NCBI GenBank assembly: GCA_012295275.1
Contig: CM022677.1
Location: 16,058,001 to 16,122,000 of the forward strand
Direction: 5' to 3'
DNA from: Chrysomallon squamiferum
Lineage: Eukaryota > Animalia > Mollusca
DNA length: 64,000 nucleotides
Shown: in pieces, positions 46,669-61,441 of the stretch
Position numbering within the stretch: the first letter of the stretch is position 1
Layout of the letters: the number at the start of each line of letters is the position of its first letter
Notes under the pieces: model-generated
What the model was told of the DNA's origin: nothing
Database searches by the model: none
The model's input: only the letters and a program-made list of their open reading frames with translations
Position numbers and translations under genes: made by a program

Positions 46669-46709
46669 GTCTGTCTATCTGTCTATCTGTCTATCTATCT
46701 ATCGTTCTA

Positions 46710-46744
<35 letters not shown>

Positions 46745-47180
46745 GTCTGTCTATCTATCTATCTGTCTATCTATCTATTTATCTATCAACATATGTATCA
46801 TTATAATTTATCAGTCTATCTATCTGTCTAGTCTATCTGTCTAATCTATCTATCTAATCTATTTATTATTTTATTTTTCGTCTTTCTCGTTCTTTTTCTT
46901 CTTCTTCTTCTTCTTCTTCTTCTTCTTCTTCTTCTTCTTCTTTTTCTTCTTCTTAATATTATTATTATTGTTGTTATTATTACTTATGTACTTACTTAGT
47001 TACTCATTTACTTATTTACCTACAAACTTACTTACTTAAATTTTTTGATATTTAATTATTCCGAAAATTCTGACAACAAGCCTTAATAAAGATACGTAAT
47101 AAGTAACGCCCCGTGATTCTTAAACAACGCTCCATCGTTCTTAAAACTACTTCGTCATTTAAATAACGCCTTCGTGTTCT

Positions 47181-47309
47181 TAACGCCCTGCCGTTGAAAT
47201 TTACTCCCTGCCGTTGAAATTTACTCCCTGTCGTTGAAATTTACTCCCTGCCGTTGAAATTTACGCCCTGCCGTTGAAATTTACTCCCTGCCGTTGAAAT
47301 TTACTCCCT
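47181..47309. repeat. 20-bp minisatellite TTACTCCCTGCCGTTGAAAT, ~6.5 near-perfect units
   Basis: Exact 20-bp period, preceded by diverged related units at ~47103-47180. Confidence 0.95.
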
Positions 47310-48333
47310 TTCGTCCACAAATACCGTCTCCGCCTTTTCTGAACTGATCTCAATTAGTGGAAAGAAAACGAAAAAAAAAAAAAAAAATAGATTAATTGCG
47401 TCGTCTTTTGCTATCAGACTAATAAATTAGCAGGTTAACAGTATCAAAGTTTTACATATCTTTGCTGACAGGGGTCGACTTTATAAGCAAACTCTCGTGG
47501 GTAAAGAATTGCAGAAATCCAGACACATATAAATAACACGGTAATAATATTACGAATGCGGATCTAAATATAGACTTTTTTTTTCTTTATTGCGGATTCG
47601 TAAATCAGTTTGGTTAATTAAAAACAACACTGACTGACGGTTTTTAATAATATGAACTAATTACAAAGTCTGATGAAAAAGGGTAAGATATTAGACACAT
47701 TTTCAAGATCATATTGAATTAGCTGTTATTAATACAAGTCTAAATTTGTGTACGGAAAGATTCGGTGTAGACTCACTTTCACTGTTGTGTTAACTAAATG
47801 TATTTGATAGTAAAAGAATCAAAACGGTAATTTAATGACAAGTCTATAAACAAGAAAATGGCATAAGCACGTTTTCATGGCCACATTAAGTAAATGATGT
47901 TAAAGCAGCATCTTAAAACTGTTATACTAATACTGCAATTAAATGTCTCTAAGCAAGAAAAAGTATAAGCACGCTTTCGTGGGCCGTATACATTTGCTAA
48001 TAATAAACGGACTGAATAGACAGACATTATTAAACAATAAGCAATTAAATCTGTTATTAGGGATATTTATAATCGCGTTGTCGTAGTTGAATGAACATTA
48101 AACCAGCAGCTAAACACTGTTTTATTAATAATATCTGTAATTAGAAGTCTATGAGCAATGGTAGGGCACAAGCACGCTTTAATGGCCTACAAGACTATTT
48201 TAGTAAAACTAATATTTAAATGTCTTAGTGCAAAAATAATAATAAATAAGAGAAAAATTAATTTAACACAAACTTTATATATGTAAAATAACAGAAGAAA
48301 AAAATTTGAATGGAGATTTCTATAGTAATCGGA

Positions 48334-48425
<92 letters not shown>

Positions 48426-49145
48426 CATTTTCCCTTTACTGCTTTGAACTTTTATCTGCGTTTTACATTTTGTTTTTTGCTTTTCATCATGACTACAATA
48501 TCAGTCTTTACAGACCTTCGAATAAGCTTCACGACTCTTTAAAGAAAACGGACTTCTAAACAACTGTCTGAAAAAAGGAAGAACCAATATTAAAAATAAA
48601 ATAAAAGTTTTGAAAAAAGAGAAATAATAATAATAAAAAGAAAAGAAAAAGAAAGAGAATTTTTGTTTTTTAAATTTTTATTTCATGATTTAATAAAAAT
48701 TTCTAACACATAACACGATCAGATCGTTTCGTCAGTTTTTTTTTATTTTATTTTATTTTTTTTTGTTTTCTTTGATTTCCCCGTGTTTCTGTTTTTGTGT
48801 GAATTCGTTTTATTTGATGCTTTATTGTGTTAACACGAGTAATAATAAATAGTTTTGCATACTGCACGCCCACTGAGAGTTTTATGAATTGCGGATATTG
48901 TAGCAAAAATTTAAATACAAATGCGATTAAAACTGTCGAACAATTTCTTTCTCTTTCTTGTTCTTCTTATTGCCGTTGCTGACGTCATTATTGTCGTTAT
49001 AGTTGTCGTTATTATTTATTTATTTTATTACTCTTATGACAATCATCATCATCATCATCATCTTCTTCTTCTTCTTCTTCTTTTTCTTCTTCTTCTTCTT
49101 CTTCTTCTTATTATTATTGATGTTGTTATTCTTAAACAACTGCCG

Positions 49146-49218
<73 letters not shown>

Positions 49219-50755
49219 CTACTATTACCTACTTGCACTACTGCTACTATTACTGCTACTACTACTAATTATTTAACTAGATAGTTTCTTATCTCGATCT
49301 TTCCCTATATTAAGCTTAAATTTCTAAACTTTCTGTTTTTGCCTAATTTAATGACGTCAATAATAATAATGACGTCACAACAATCTATCGTTACCTGGAC
49401 ATTTCTGAAAAGAACAACACGGTAATTCATTTATTAATTTATAATTAATTTTTATTTATTTATTTACTTATTTCTTCTTGTTCTTGTTCTTGTTGTTGTT
49501 CTCCTTCTTCTTCTTCTTATTATTATATCTACATTTATTGGCATTTTTGTGCGTATGTAAAGTTACTGAAAGTGATTATTAATTAAAATTATGTAACTCA
49601 TTGTCATCCTTCTTTTACTAAACCACTGCTAATATACTAACCAATTTTTTTGTACGACTGTATTAATCCAGTTTTATAATCTACTAAACCTCTTTTACTA
49701 ACATATCTGTTAACTACTACGATCACTGCTGTTACTACTACTACCTACTTGTACTACTACTAACCAGTTTTACTAATCCATTACTAATCTACTTTTACTA
49801 ATTCACTTGTAGACCATACCTAAATTACTAACTCTCTTTTTTACTGATTGTCTCTAGCACTGATCTACAAGTATTCTAGTGACCCAAGATAAATAATTCA
49901 TTATTACTCTACTAACCCACTTACACTGATCGACTACTAAACTAACCCACATTCACCAAAACCACAAAGTTTCAGCAATTCCCCACAAACCCATAAACCT
50001 ACTTTTACTAATCCACTAGCAATCGACTAACCCAATTTTTCCTCTTCCCCTCAACCCACAGACATAATACTTTCCAAAAAAGTTTCACTGAAAAAAAAAA
50101 AAAAAGATCAAAAACACTTTTGTATTTTTGGAGACGTCCCCAAATCATCAATGACAACCACCACCACAGGAGAATGGAAATCCTATACTCGACTCGACTA
50201 ATCATCAACAGAAATCGCGGGTAAGTCGGTTCAGTGGTAAAACACGATTAATGTTAGCCGTTATTGAAGAACCTACAAGGAAAAAAAGACAATGAAAGAA
50301 AACGCGGAAACGTACAGCGGAAAGACAATGATAGGAAAACGTAATTTCGCTCTTTTCGCCGTCTTTATTGTAAATCTAGACAAATTAATCAAATGGAATT
50401 ATCCTCAGTGCTGTCGTCTTTTCTCGCATGATTTTAAATAACCGTGTTTTTGTTTTGAAAGGGGAATCGCGGAGACTGCTGGACTTGTTGTGTTAAGTTG
50501 ATTTGAACTTACAAGCAGTCAGAAGAGATTGTTGTGTGTCTGAAAAGTGCTGAACCAAATTCGAGCTCTCTCTGTCTGTGTGTGTGTGTGATGCTGTTGT
50601 TGGTGCCGTCGTGGTCGTCGTTTTTAACCTTCTTTGCTCTCTTTCTCTGTCTTTAGATCCTTCTCCCTCTCTCTCTTTCTCTCTCTCTATGGAATAAATA
50701 ATATATCTTATTGTACAATTCCCAGTCGTTACTTTTGGATGGGATCTGTTTTTCC

Positions 50756-50796
<41 letters not shown>

Positions 50797-51993
50797 TTAT
50801 TATTATTGTTATTATTATTATTATTAATATTTTTATTATCGTTATTATTATTATTATTGTTATTGTTATTATTATTTATATTTTTATTATCATTATTATT
50901 ATTATTGTTATTATTATCATCATCATCATCATTGTTGTTGTTGTTGTCGTCGTTGTTGTTCTTCTCATTATTATTGTTACAGTGATCGTTATTACCAATT
51001 AATTTTGCTGTTTTGATTAATTAATTAATTCATTCATTCATTCCTTCCTTCATTCTTTTATGTATTACATTTACACAATTCCATCCATCTCAAAAATCAG
51101 ATCCCATTACAATAATACTGACACTCATTCTTTTCATTAAACCCTGGACACGCCCTTAACTACAACCCCTCCCTCCCCCTTGACCGAATTCTGTCATCCG
51201 TTACATTATAACACGACACGAAAAACACGAAAGAGCTTTCTCATATATCAGGAAAACACACAGAACATCGTAATCGAATGGCCACTTGTTTGGTCACTCA
51301 ATGATTTGACCGTCTTACTCTGTTTTTGTATTTTTGTTTTTTTTCTCTCGGATCTGAACAAAACACAGAATTGTCCCCATACAAGTCAATGAACTATCGA
51401 GATTTCCCGTGTCACTAGAATTTTCTTGTCAAATTGTTCCATTAATGGTATGAAGAAAGAGTCTAAATATTTTGCAGATGATCAATCGATGTTTTTTTTT
51501 TTTTTTTTTTGTTTTTTTAATTTATTTATTTGTTAATTCCATTGTTTATTTATTTATTTATTTACTTATTTATTTACTTATTTGTTTCTTCGATTGTTTA
51601 TTTATTTATTTATTTATTTGTTTATTTATTTAATTATTTTTGTTTGTTTGTTTATTTTGTTTACTTGTTCATGTGTTTATTTATTTATTCTTCATTTGTT
51701 TTTTTATTTATTTATAATTTGTTTTATTTTCAAACCCGATGCTTTAATGGCCTTCCTATTTCAACATGGAAATAAACTATGATACATTTTTTTGTTCCTT
51801 CCTTCTTTCTTTTTTTTTTTTTTTTTTTTTTTTTTATTTTATCCGCTATTTTATTTCTTTATCAAGAAATAAATATAAAACAAAATTACACAGATCAGCT
51901 ACTGAAAGACGTCAATCGTTTAAAAATACGTTCATTATCTGCAGCTGTTTCTTTTCAACCATGTTCAACTCTGCTACCGACAGAAAACAATAT

Positions 51994-52087
<94 letters not shown>

Positions 52088-52108
52088 CTCTCTCTCTCTC
52101 GCACTCTC

Positions 52109-52193
<85 letters not shown>

Positions 52194-52215
52194 GTTTCTC
52201 TCGCTCTCTCTCCCA

Positions 52216-52290
<75 letters not shown>

Positions 52291-52800
52291 CCTCCCCCCC
52301 CTTTCTACGTCACGTTTGAAAGATGAACGGAAATCAAATCTAATTACTCCAAAATGGCGCTCATCTCTTCCGCTATCGTTTTCTCTTGCCCTTGTTCGAG
52401 AATCATACACCAAGCAGCACTGTACTCTTGTCAGCTGCAATTTGACTTAAAAGAAATCATGATTATGTAAAAGTGAAAACGGTCTTCCTCTGCTGTCATC
52501 ATTAGAAAGGTTATTCAGCGAATGTGGGCGGGTTTATAGTGGGTAGGTGAATGGATTTCGTTTGAGAATATTTAATTATAAATGTATAAGAAAATTTGGG
52601 AAGGGAAGATTTAAAAAAGTGTGTTAGTTACTTGTATTGATTAATCGAAGTCACACACACATGTATATACACACATACACACGTATTATATACACTAACA
52701 CAAATACATATACAATAAAGAACATACCTACACATACAATTTCCTGTATTTCATCTAAAAATGTATGTATGAATGGAAGAAGAGACACACACAATGCATG

Positions 52801-52937
<137 letters not shown>

Positions 52938-54761
52938 AAAATGTTACGTTTTCCTTTGGCTTTGCAAGTCAACTTTCTTGTTATTAACTGTTCATTTATT
53001 AATCGTCTATTGCTTTAATTAACGTGAGAAAACAGGGACTTTTCCAAACACTCAGTCACTTTTAGTACTTGTAGCAGAAAACAGAAACAGAACACAAACA
53101 CGTGCTGTTATTATATGTATCATGTTGTTTTAAATTTGATGTTGTTGTATCTTTAGTTACATTATTTGATTATTATTTGTATTTTTTAAAGTTACCATTA
53201 CTTGTATTAGTAACATTAGTTCTATTACTTCTACTACTACTACTATTACTAGCACCTACTATTTGTATTATTTCTACTCATACTACTATTACTATGACTA
53301 CTACTATTTCTACTACTACTACTACTACTGTTTATATTATTATATACTATTGCTGTTATTACGTTTTTAAATACTACTAATAAGAATACTATTATTGCTT
53401 ATATTAGTACTAATACTAATACTGTTATAATTCTACAACTATTACCATTAGTAATACAGTAACAACAACTATTAATACTATTATTACTACTGTTACTTGT
53501 AATTAATTCGTTAACTTTATTTTGTTACTATAACAATTATTTTGAACAAAAGTATTTTCTTTATCTTTATAAGTCTGAAAAACCAGATATGTTAAAATGA
53601 ACCATTCACATACACACACAGACACACACACACACACACACACACACATAAATATAAAACCAAAATGAAAATAAATAAATAAATAAATAATAAAAAATAA
53701 AAACACAAAAACAACATACAGATAATGTTTCCTAGACAGATATCCATACTAAGAAATAAAATAAAAATAATAGTAATGAAAAGAAATAAATGGTATAAAC
53801 GTCTGTTGAGACAATTCTACATGAACACGATCAAACGTCCTGTAATATACTACTTGTAATTAGTTCTATTTATAGACATGCAGACTGATTTACGTCGTAA
53901 TCTACTCTGAGACAAAGCCATCTAATAATAAGCTGGTTTTATATAACATAAATTACGGTAAATGAATAAAAAAGAAAATGGAAGAATATTTAAATCTAGG
54001 TTTTATTGAAAGATTTACGGTGTAAATAATAAAATGAGACTTTATTGTTAATGCTTGTAAATCAACGTTTAGTTCTGTTCTTAGATCTACGACAAATCGT
54101 AACTGAAATCAGTATCTGTTCGTATGGAAAAGGTTACTAGTTCAATGTTCCTGTCATTATAAGTTTACGACAAATCGTAAATGTAACAATATTCTTTGTT
54201 CTTGTCAGACAAGCTTCTAATTTAAAGATATTGTTTTTTAATTATAAAAAAAATGGAACAATGATATTTATTCGTGTGAAATATGCTACCAATTTATTCT
54301 CACTTTTATTTTATTATTATTATTTTTTTAATCATAAATTTAGAATAAATCATAAAATGGTAGAATAATGATACACAATTTCTTTTTGATTCCACATGCT
54401 AATTTTTTTTTTATTATAACATGTACGGTACGTCAAAGCAAATTAACAGTGATGCTTAAACCTAGTAATCTCTGTGAGACTGTGTACAACTTAGTTCAGG
54501 TTTTATAATTATGGTATATACGGTAGTTCTAGAAAACGAATTCAAATCTTTATTCTTATCAGAAGAAAAAAGACAGTTTTATTGTGACAAGCTTCTATTT
54601 AAAAGATTAATTTTATTAGATGAACTACACTAAATCAATACAAAGGAAAAATAATGATTATTAGTCTGCAAAAGAAGAATAATATATATATATTTTTAAA
54701 GATCCATTTATTGCGTCGTAGATGTAGTTCGTGTATATATGCGTGTATGTGTATGTGTGTG

Positions 54762-54823
<62 letters not shown>

Positions 54824-55002
54824 CGAGAGAGAGAGTGAAAGAGAGCACGCGAGAGAGAGAGAAAGAGAGAGAGAGAGTGACAGAGAGTGAGAGAGAGAGA
54901 GAGAAGAGCGAGAGAAAGAGAGAGATTGAGAAAGAGAGATAGAGAGAGAGTGAGAGAGAGAGATAAATAGAGAGATAGAGAGAGAGAGTGAGAGAGAGAG
55001 AT

Positions 55003-55076
<74 letters not shown>

Positions 55077-55106
55077 TATATAACGAATAATGATCATTAT
55101 TACAAG

Positions 55107-55310
55107 ATATCAGCTCTATCTTTTGAAGGTCAGAATGGCCCGATGCAACGAGTCTCTGTCAAATTGCATTACTCCGTTGGATCTGAGTAGAACACAGCTG
55201 GTAACTTAAGGCAGTAACCAAACAGTTCTTATTTCTTTCAGTCTCAAATATTCGTTTCTGAACTCACCTCTCCCGACAGTAGTAGACTGTCGGGTATTGA
55301 TTTTGTTGTC
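55107..55310 (+). repeat. Old dispersed repeat, copy B, with intact 9-bp hairpin
   Basis: Homologous to 6464-6693; CCCGACAGT-AGTAG-ACTGTCGGG at 55272-55294. Confidence 0.7.
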
Positions 55311-56261
55311 AAATAACGATAACTGATGCTGTTTTGTTTTTAAGAATGAAATCGGTTTTGAAAACGATAGGTTAAGCCAACAGTTACATAAAAAAGAATA
55401 AACTTTTAACAGTATATATGTATATATAATTTCTCGTAATAAATATAGTTCCGATCCAAAAAGCTATATTTTTGGTCACTGCCAGAAAATACAGAAATTC
55501 ATCAAGTAATCGTATCTACTAAGGACTTAGGTTGGAAGATAAATATATTATTTTAAAAACATCATAACTAATGCAATATTTTCTATATCCAGTTTTGTGA
55601 CAGAATACAGCAAACCGATCATACATACATGCTTGTAATAAATTTCTCTGATTATTCGGACAATCTGAAAACGAGAAATATCATCACTGACATCATCAAC
55701 ATTATTTTTTCACGTATGATAAAAGACTGTGTAGCTGTTTTGTTATCACCGTTACCAGCGACGTCATTGTAATTTTCAGTTTTTAATAAAGTACTTACAA
55801 TGAACATATATTAATTATTAAAAACATCGTTGTCTTCATGGTCATCATCATCGACATCAACACCTTAACTAATATCATCTATAACCAAATACACGACAAA
55901 AATTCGTTAACACCATCATTAGCAACATCATCAGTTTTTGACAATAAACTTGTGATCGACGTAACGTCATTAATATAATATTTATGAAAACGGGAACGTT
56001 TCAATGTCCTCAACGAGATAATTCCATCAAACGCCATAACACTATTACCACCATCATCAGCAACGTCGTCATTATGTATCCATGTTGTTGTCTTGATCTC
56101 GATCTGCATACGTTTATCGGACTTTTCGAACCGAGAAGCAATTACGACAATCATTTAGTCTGCATAGCAGCCAATTTCAACCTGTAACAACATGATTTTG
56201 GCCCAACAAGAGACAATCCGTTATTCCTATAATTGTCAAACATCTTCAGCGTTCAAGAGTG

Positions 56262-56275
56262 GCTCCCTCTAGCGG
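56262..56275 (-). promoter_or_regulatory. CTCF-like motif (reverse)
   Basis: Minus strand reads CCGCTAGAGGGAGC, 13/14 to the core CCRSYAGRKGGCRS. Confidence 0.5.
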
Positions 56276-56334
56276 TCAACAAAACTCGGAGTACCAATCG
56301 CTGGACGAGGAGGGTTACGTTCGTGCGTACTACA

Positions 56335-56365
<31 letters not shown>

Positions 56366-57642
56366 CAGCATTTCGAAATTATTAGATTGTTTAAGGTTTC
56401 AAGAGGTACTCTCGAGTTTTGATTAGAAAGTTAGAATGTTTCCAGCCGTTTGCTGTTTAGAGTGAAGTAAAATTGTGATTATGTAATTAAAATATACCGT
56501 GGGAGGGAGGGGAAATAAAAAAAAAAAGAAGTCTAAATCTAATCTGCATATTTGAAATTATTTAATTTAATATATATTTATTTTTATTTTGAAACCTTTT
56601 TTGAAAACAAAGTATTGAAACAAAACAGTAAGCGTCATCATTGTTCTGAATCGTGACGTCATCAACCGTCTTGGGTTATAAGGAAAACTACAGTTATTAG
56701 TCGGTCACTTATAAAATGACGTCACGAGTCCCGTTGAGAAATTAACAGAATATTCAGCACTTCCATGACAGTCTAATATAACAAAGTTATATTTTGTCAT
56801 GAACCATTATGTCGCCAAAAAAACAATAAAATAATATTGATAGTATAAAGATTCTTAATACACTTTTTATTTGAACCAGCACAGCTAAACTTTAATGTCG
56901 ACATTAAACTTTAAACATTTACTTCAAATCTGCTCTTTGTGGAAATCATTTTAGAAGAATGTTTTAACTGTATTAACGGTGTTTATAATTTTTGAAATTT
57001 TCTCCATTGTAAAATTAAATTTAATATAGTAACTCACGTTAACTGTTCGTGTTAATGATACAGTATATTTGCCCATCGACAGTATTAGTATATTAGACTG
57101 TTAGAGAGAAGAAAATATTTAGAGGTCTTACACATTCAGTGAACATGGTTAACTGTTAATAATACATATACAATTCTGGGTTATTAACAAGAAGACAGTA
57201 TTAGTGTTGGTTATGTTAGTGTTAGAGTGTTAGAGAGAACAGAAGGTTATTACTATCTTATGCATTCACTTACATCACTTTTCCCTTTTAATGGTATATA
57301 TGGTACAGAGTTCTTAATTACAAACAGTATTAATGTTAGTATGTTAGTATGTTTGAGAGTCTGGGAGAAGAGAAGGTTATTCTGATCTTGTGCATTCGAT
57401 TTCGTCACGTTCATTGTTGAAACAGGGATCTGGTTTATTTGAACATACTTATAAAGTTACTGAAGTGATAAGTGACGCTATAATGGTCTGATGCATCCAG
57501 TTACCTCTAGGTAGTTTGTTGCTGATGGTGAGTAGATGCAAAAGTCTAGGATATTTGTACAGTGTTAGTGTTTTAGTTACCTATTTGAAACAAGTAAGGA
57601 TACTGGGGGTTTACGCATCAAGATGCCCTAGTTAGTTGTCTG

Positions 57643-57746
<104 letters not shown>

Positions 57747-57966
57747 AGTGTGAAAATCAGAGTTATCTGCACAGTGTTAGATATTTAGAATGAAGAAAAG
57801 ATGTGGTGGTCTTACTCATTCGTTTGCTCTTGTTAACTGTCTCTGTTGATAATTTTAAAACATGGCCCGAGAAGAAGCCAATTCAGGGATACGATCCCAG
57901 TGCCAAAATATCTTCCTTAACCATTGTTGTTGTTTGTTTGTTTGTTTGTTTGTTTATTTATTTATT

Positions 57967-58052
<86 letters not shown>

Positions 58053-58389
58053 CATAATCATTATTATTATCATCATCATAATCATGGTCATCATTTATTT
58101 ACTTATTTATTTATTTTTTTATTACTGTTACTATCATCATCATCATCATCATCATCATTACCTCTAATGGGAATTGATCTCGATATATTCAGATCTTAAC
58201 AGAACGGGTTTACCTTTGTTATAAAGACGTTGGTTTGAGACAGATGAAATTTACTTTCCTCTCATCCGATATGGTCTGGATGTGTATCTCGATGAATTAA
58301 CCTTTCTTTGCAAAGATGCTCGTTTGATGTTAAGAATAAAATATCAAAAATAGACTCAACACCTGCAGCAATTTGACTGGCTCGTTCAA

Positions 58390-58495
58390 CAGGAAGTGCA
58401 AGCGATATAAATAGATACACCAAAGAGTTCCACTTCCTGCCTGACATGTAATTCATTTCCGGTTTGCGATTGTCTGGCAGTCCACAACATGGCGG
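58390..58495 (+). promoter_or_regulatory. Housekeeping-promoter-like motif cluster in intron 3
   Basis: Inverted ETS pair CAGGAAGTG (58390) / CACTTCCTG (58431) flanking TATAAATA, then ETS ATTTCCGGT (58455) and YY1-type CAACATGGCGG (58485-58495). Confidence 0.45.
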
Positions 58496-58686
58496 ATGAA
58501 AATGAGCTTCATAATTCTTCTGTATAACGTACTCGTTTTGTTGTAGTTATTATTAGTTGTTATTGTTGTTGTTGTTGTTGTTGTTGTTCTTATTGTCGTT
58601 GTTGTTGTTAATTTTGTTTTGTTATGTTTTTGTTTTATGTTGATGGTGTGTTTAATAATTTATCTCTCATTCGCTCGTTCTGTCAA

Positions 58687-58721
<35 letters not shown>

Positions 58722-58799
58722 AATAAATAAATAAATAAATAAAATAAAATAAAATACAATTAAATAAAATAAAATAAATTCATAAACAAACAAACAAAC

Positions 58800-58831
<32 letters not shown>

Positions 58832-59177
58832 GAAACAGAGCTTTATAACTCCTGCATGATACTATGATCATTGTCTAAAGTTGGTGACAACAACAAGAAT
58901 GTCACACATGAAATTTGTAGTAAAATCTCTGGCAAATATTACTTCTGTGTATTCAACATGTCTGTTTATTTAGTTAGTTCTTTGATAAAAAAAAAAAAAA
59001 AAACAACATCTAAGCTTTCTTTTATGTCTGCAGCCATAGTAATCAGTTTTATTATTAATCACTTTGCGGGTTTCCTCTCTCAAAATCGTAATGTAAAAAA
59101 AAAAAAAAAAAAACAAAACCCCACCTTTTTCAAGGCTTAAGTTGACACATAATAATAATAATACTGATGAAATTGTT

Positions 59178-59219
<42 letters not shown>

Positions 59220-59235
59220 ATGTATAATTATATAA

Positions 59236-59298
<63 letters not shown>

Positions 59299-59371
59299 TA
59301 AACACAGTTTAAATATTTTATTTATTTCTCTCACTGATCAACTAGCAAAACATATTCAGAAAATAATAGTA

Positions 59372-59414
<43 letters not shown>

Positions 59415-59506
59415 AAATCATAATAATAAAACAAAAACAACAAGAGAACGAGAACAAAAATTACTTATATTATTATTACTTAAGTTATTATTACTTATTA
59501 TTTTAA

Positions 59507-59554
<48 letters not shown>

Positions 59555-59884
59555 CATTTAATAAAATGGTAATATTATCTCATTATCTTAATCAAAGAGG
59601 CCCCTGGCAAGTCCACACACTGTGATGTAATTAGCTCTGACACAAACTGATATTTGGCATTAAAACATTAACTTCATCCAAAAAGGCCATTTATATTGGC
59701 CGCTGTGGCGAGTTTGCAGCAATAAAAAGTCAAATGGCTTTTAGCACCCATTTCTAGCGCGTTCTACGTGGTAATTTGATTACAGAGGCAGATACAAACC
59801 AACAGAGAGAGGGGAGGGATCGTTTTAGAATATGGCAGATAATAGATCTTTTCAGATGTAATGAACGTTGTTTTTATTGATACA

Positions 59885-59984
<100 letters not shown>

Positions 59985-60382
59985 AACCCTAAAACACGCC
60001 CTTCGTTTGATATTAGAGTCACCATCTGAATCATCTGTCAAAATCCATTGACATCACACAGACCTAATTCTCTCCCCTTGATAATATAAATTACGGATTT
60101 ATCAGTAATACGGTAATGGAATTATTAAACTATTCTGAGATTAAAATAGGGCTATTTGATATATATATATACATAAAAAAAGTAATTAATAAATTGTGTA
60201 TGTGTAAATCAAAAGGAGTTTTGTGTAGATATCCATGGTAAGCTTTCTCTGATTTACTTTGGTTCAGTGATCAAAACGAAAGGAAGCAATGTGTATTCTA
60301 CTGTGATAACGTAAATTATTCATTTATTATTTTAGTTTATATATTTTAATACAGTTGGTTAATAATAGAAAATAGTTGAGTT

Positions 60383-60464
<82 letters not shown>

Positions 60465-61013
60465 CATCAAGAAAGAAAAACGATAATTAATAATAGCAAA
60501 ACGACAACAGCAACAATAAAAACATTTAGAACAAACAATGAATAACAACAGCATCAACAGCAGCAATAATAATGATGATGATGATGATAATGATAATAAT
60601 AATAACAGTAATAGTATTAAAATTTAGAAAGAAATTATTATTTATAAAAACCTGAGAATCTTTTAGTAATCATCTCTGTCAATGCCGTTGAGCTTCTTTT
60701 TGTGGTAAAGGGTCACACTTTAGAATTGTACAAATATCAAGTGCGCGTCATTATCTTGTATCAACAAAATCTTTTGTCAACAGTGAGTAATACCAATAAC
60801 ACATCTTAATCTCTGCCAGGGTTTTTTTTTTTTTCAGAAGATCGCGAGAATAACTTTAATTTATAAATCAAAAGAACTGAATGGTTAGGCAAATACATAA
60901 AAATGGTATCTTTTGGTTTTGTTGAACCAGGAAATGAGATTAACATCGTGTATGAATAGAGCGAGTGAAGACGAACAGATATTTTTGATCTTTTGTTATG
61001 TAAAGAGATTTAC

Positions 61014-61054
<41 letters not shown>

Positions 61055-61108
61055 TGGATTTGAGGTTTATACTGTATGTATGGAAAATAATAATAAGAAG
61101 AATAATAA

Positions 61109-61149
<41 letters not shown>

Positions 61150-61249
61150 ATCAGCTCAAAACTGCGATACGATAGTTAATTTCAGAAAGAAAAAAAAAGA
61201 AATGATGAATAGCCATGGAAAGTAAGAAAGACCGAAATACAGCACAGAC

Positions 61250-61253
<4 letters not shown>

Positions 61254-61321
<68 letters not shown>

Positions 61322-61364
61322 ATATATGTATGAATGTATGTGTTTGTGTGTGTGTGTGTGTGTT

Positions 61365-61435
<71 letters not shown>
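61254..61435. repeat. Perfect inverted (GA)n/(TC)n microsatellite pair
   Basis: 61254-61320 is the exact reverse complement of 61369-61435: a 67-bp stem with a 48-nt loop. Confidence 0.9.

Positions 61436-61441
<6 letters not shown>

Noticed and set aside
47181-47309. CRISPR-like appearance (units ending GTTGAAAT); also the anchor/spacer array at 13087-13530
   Set aside because: No unique spacers, no cas genes, and a eukaryotic intron-containing context.
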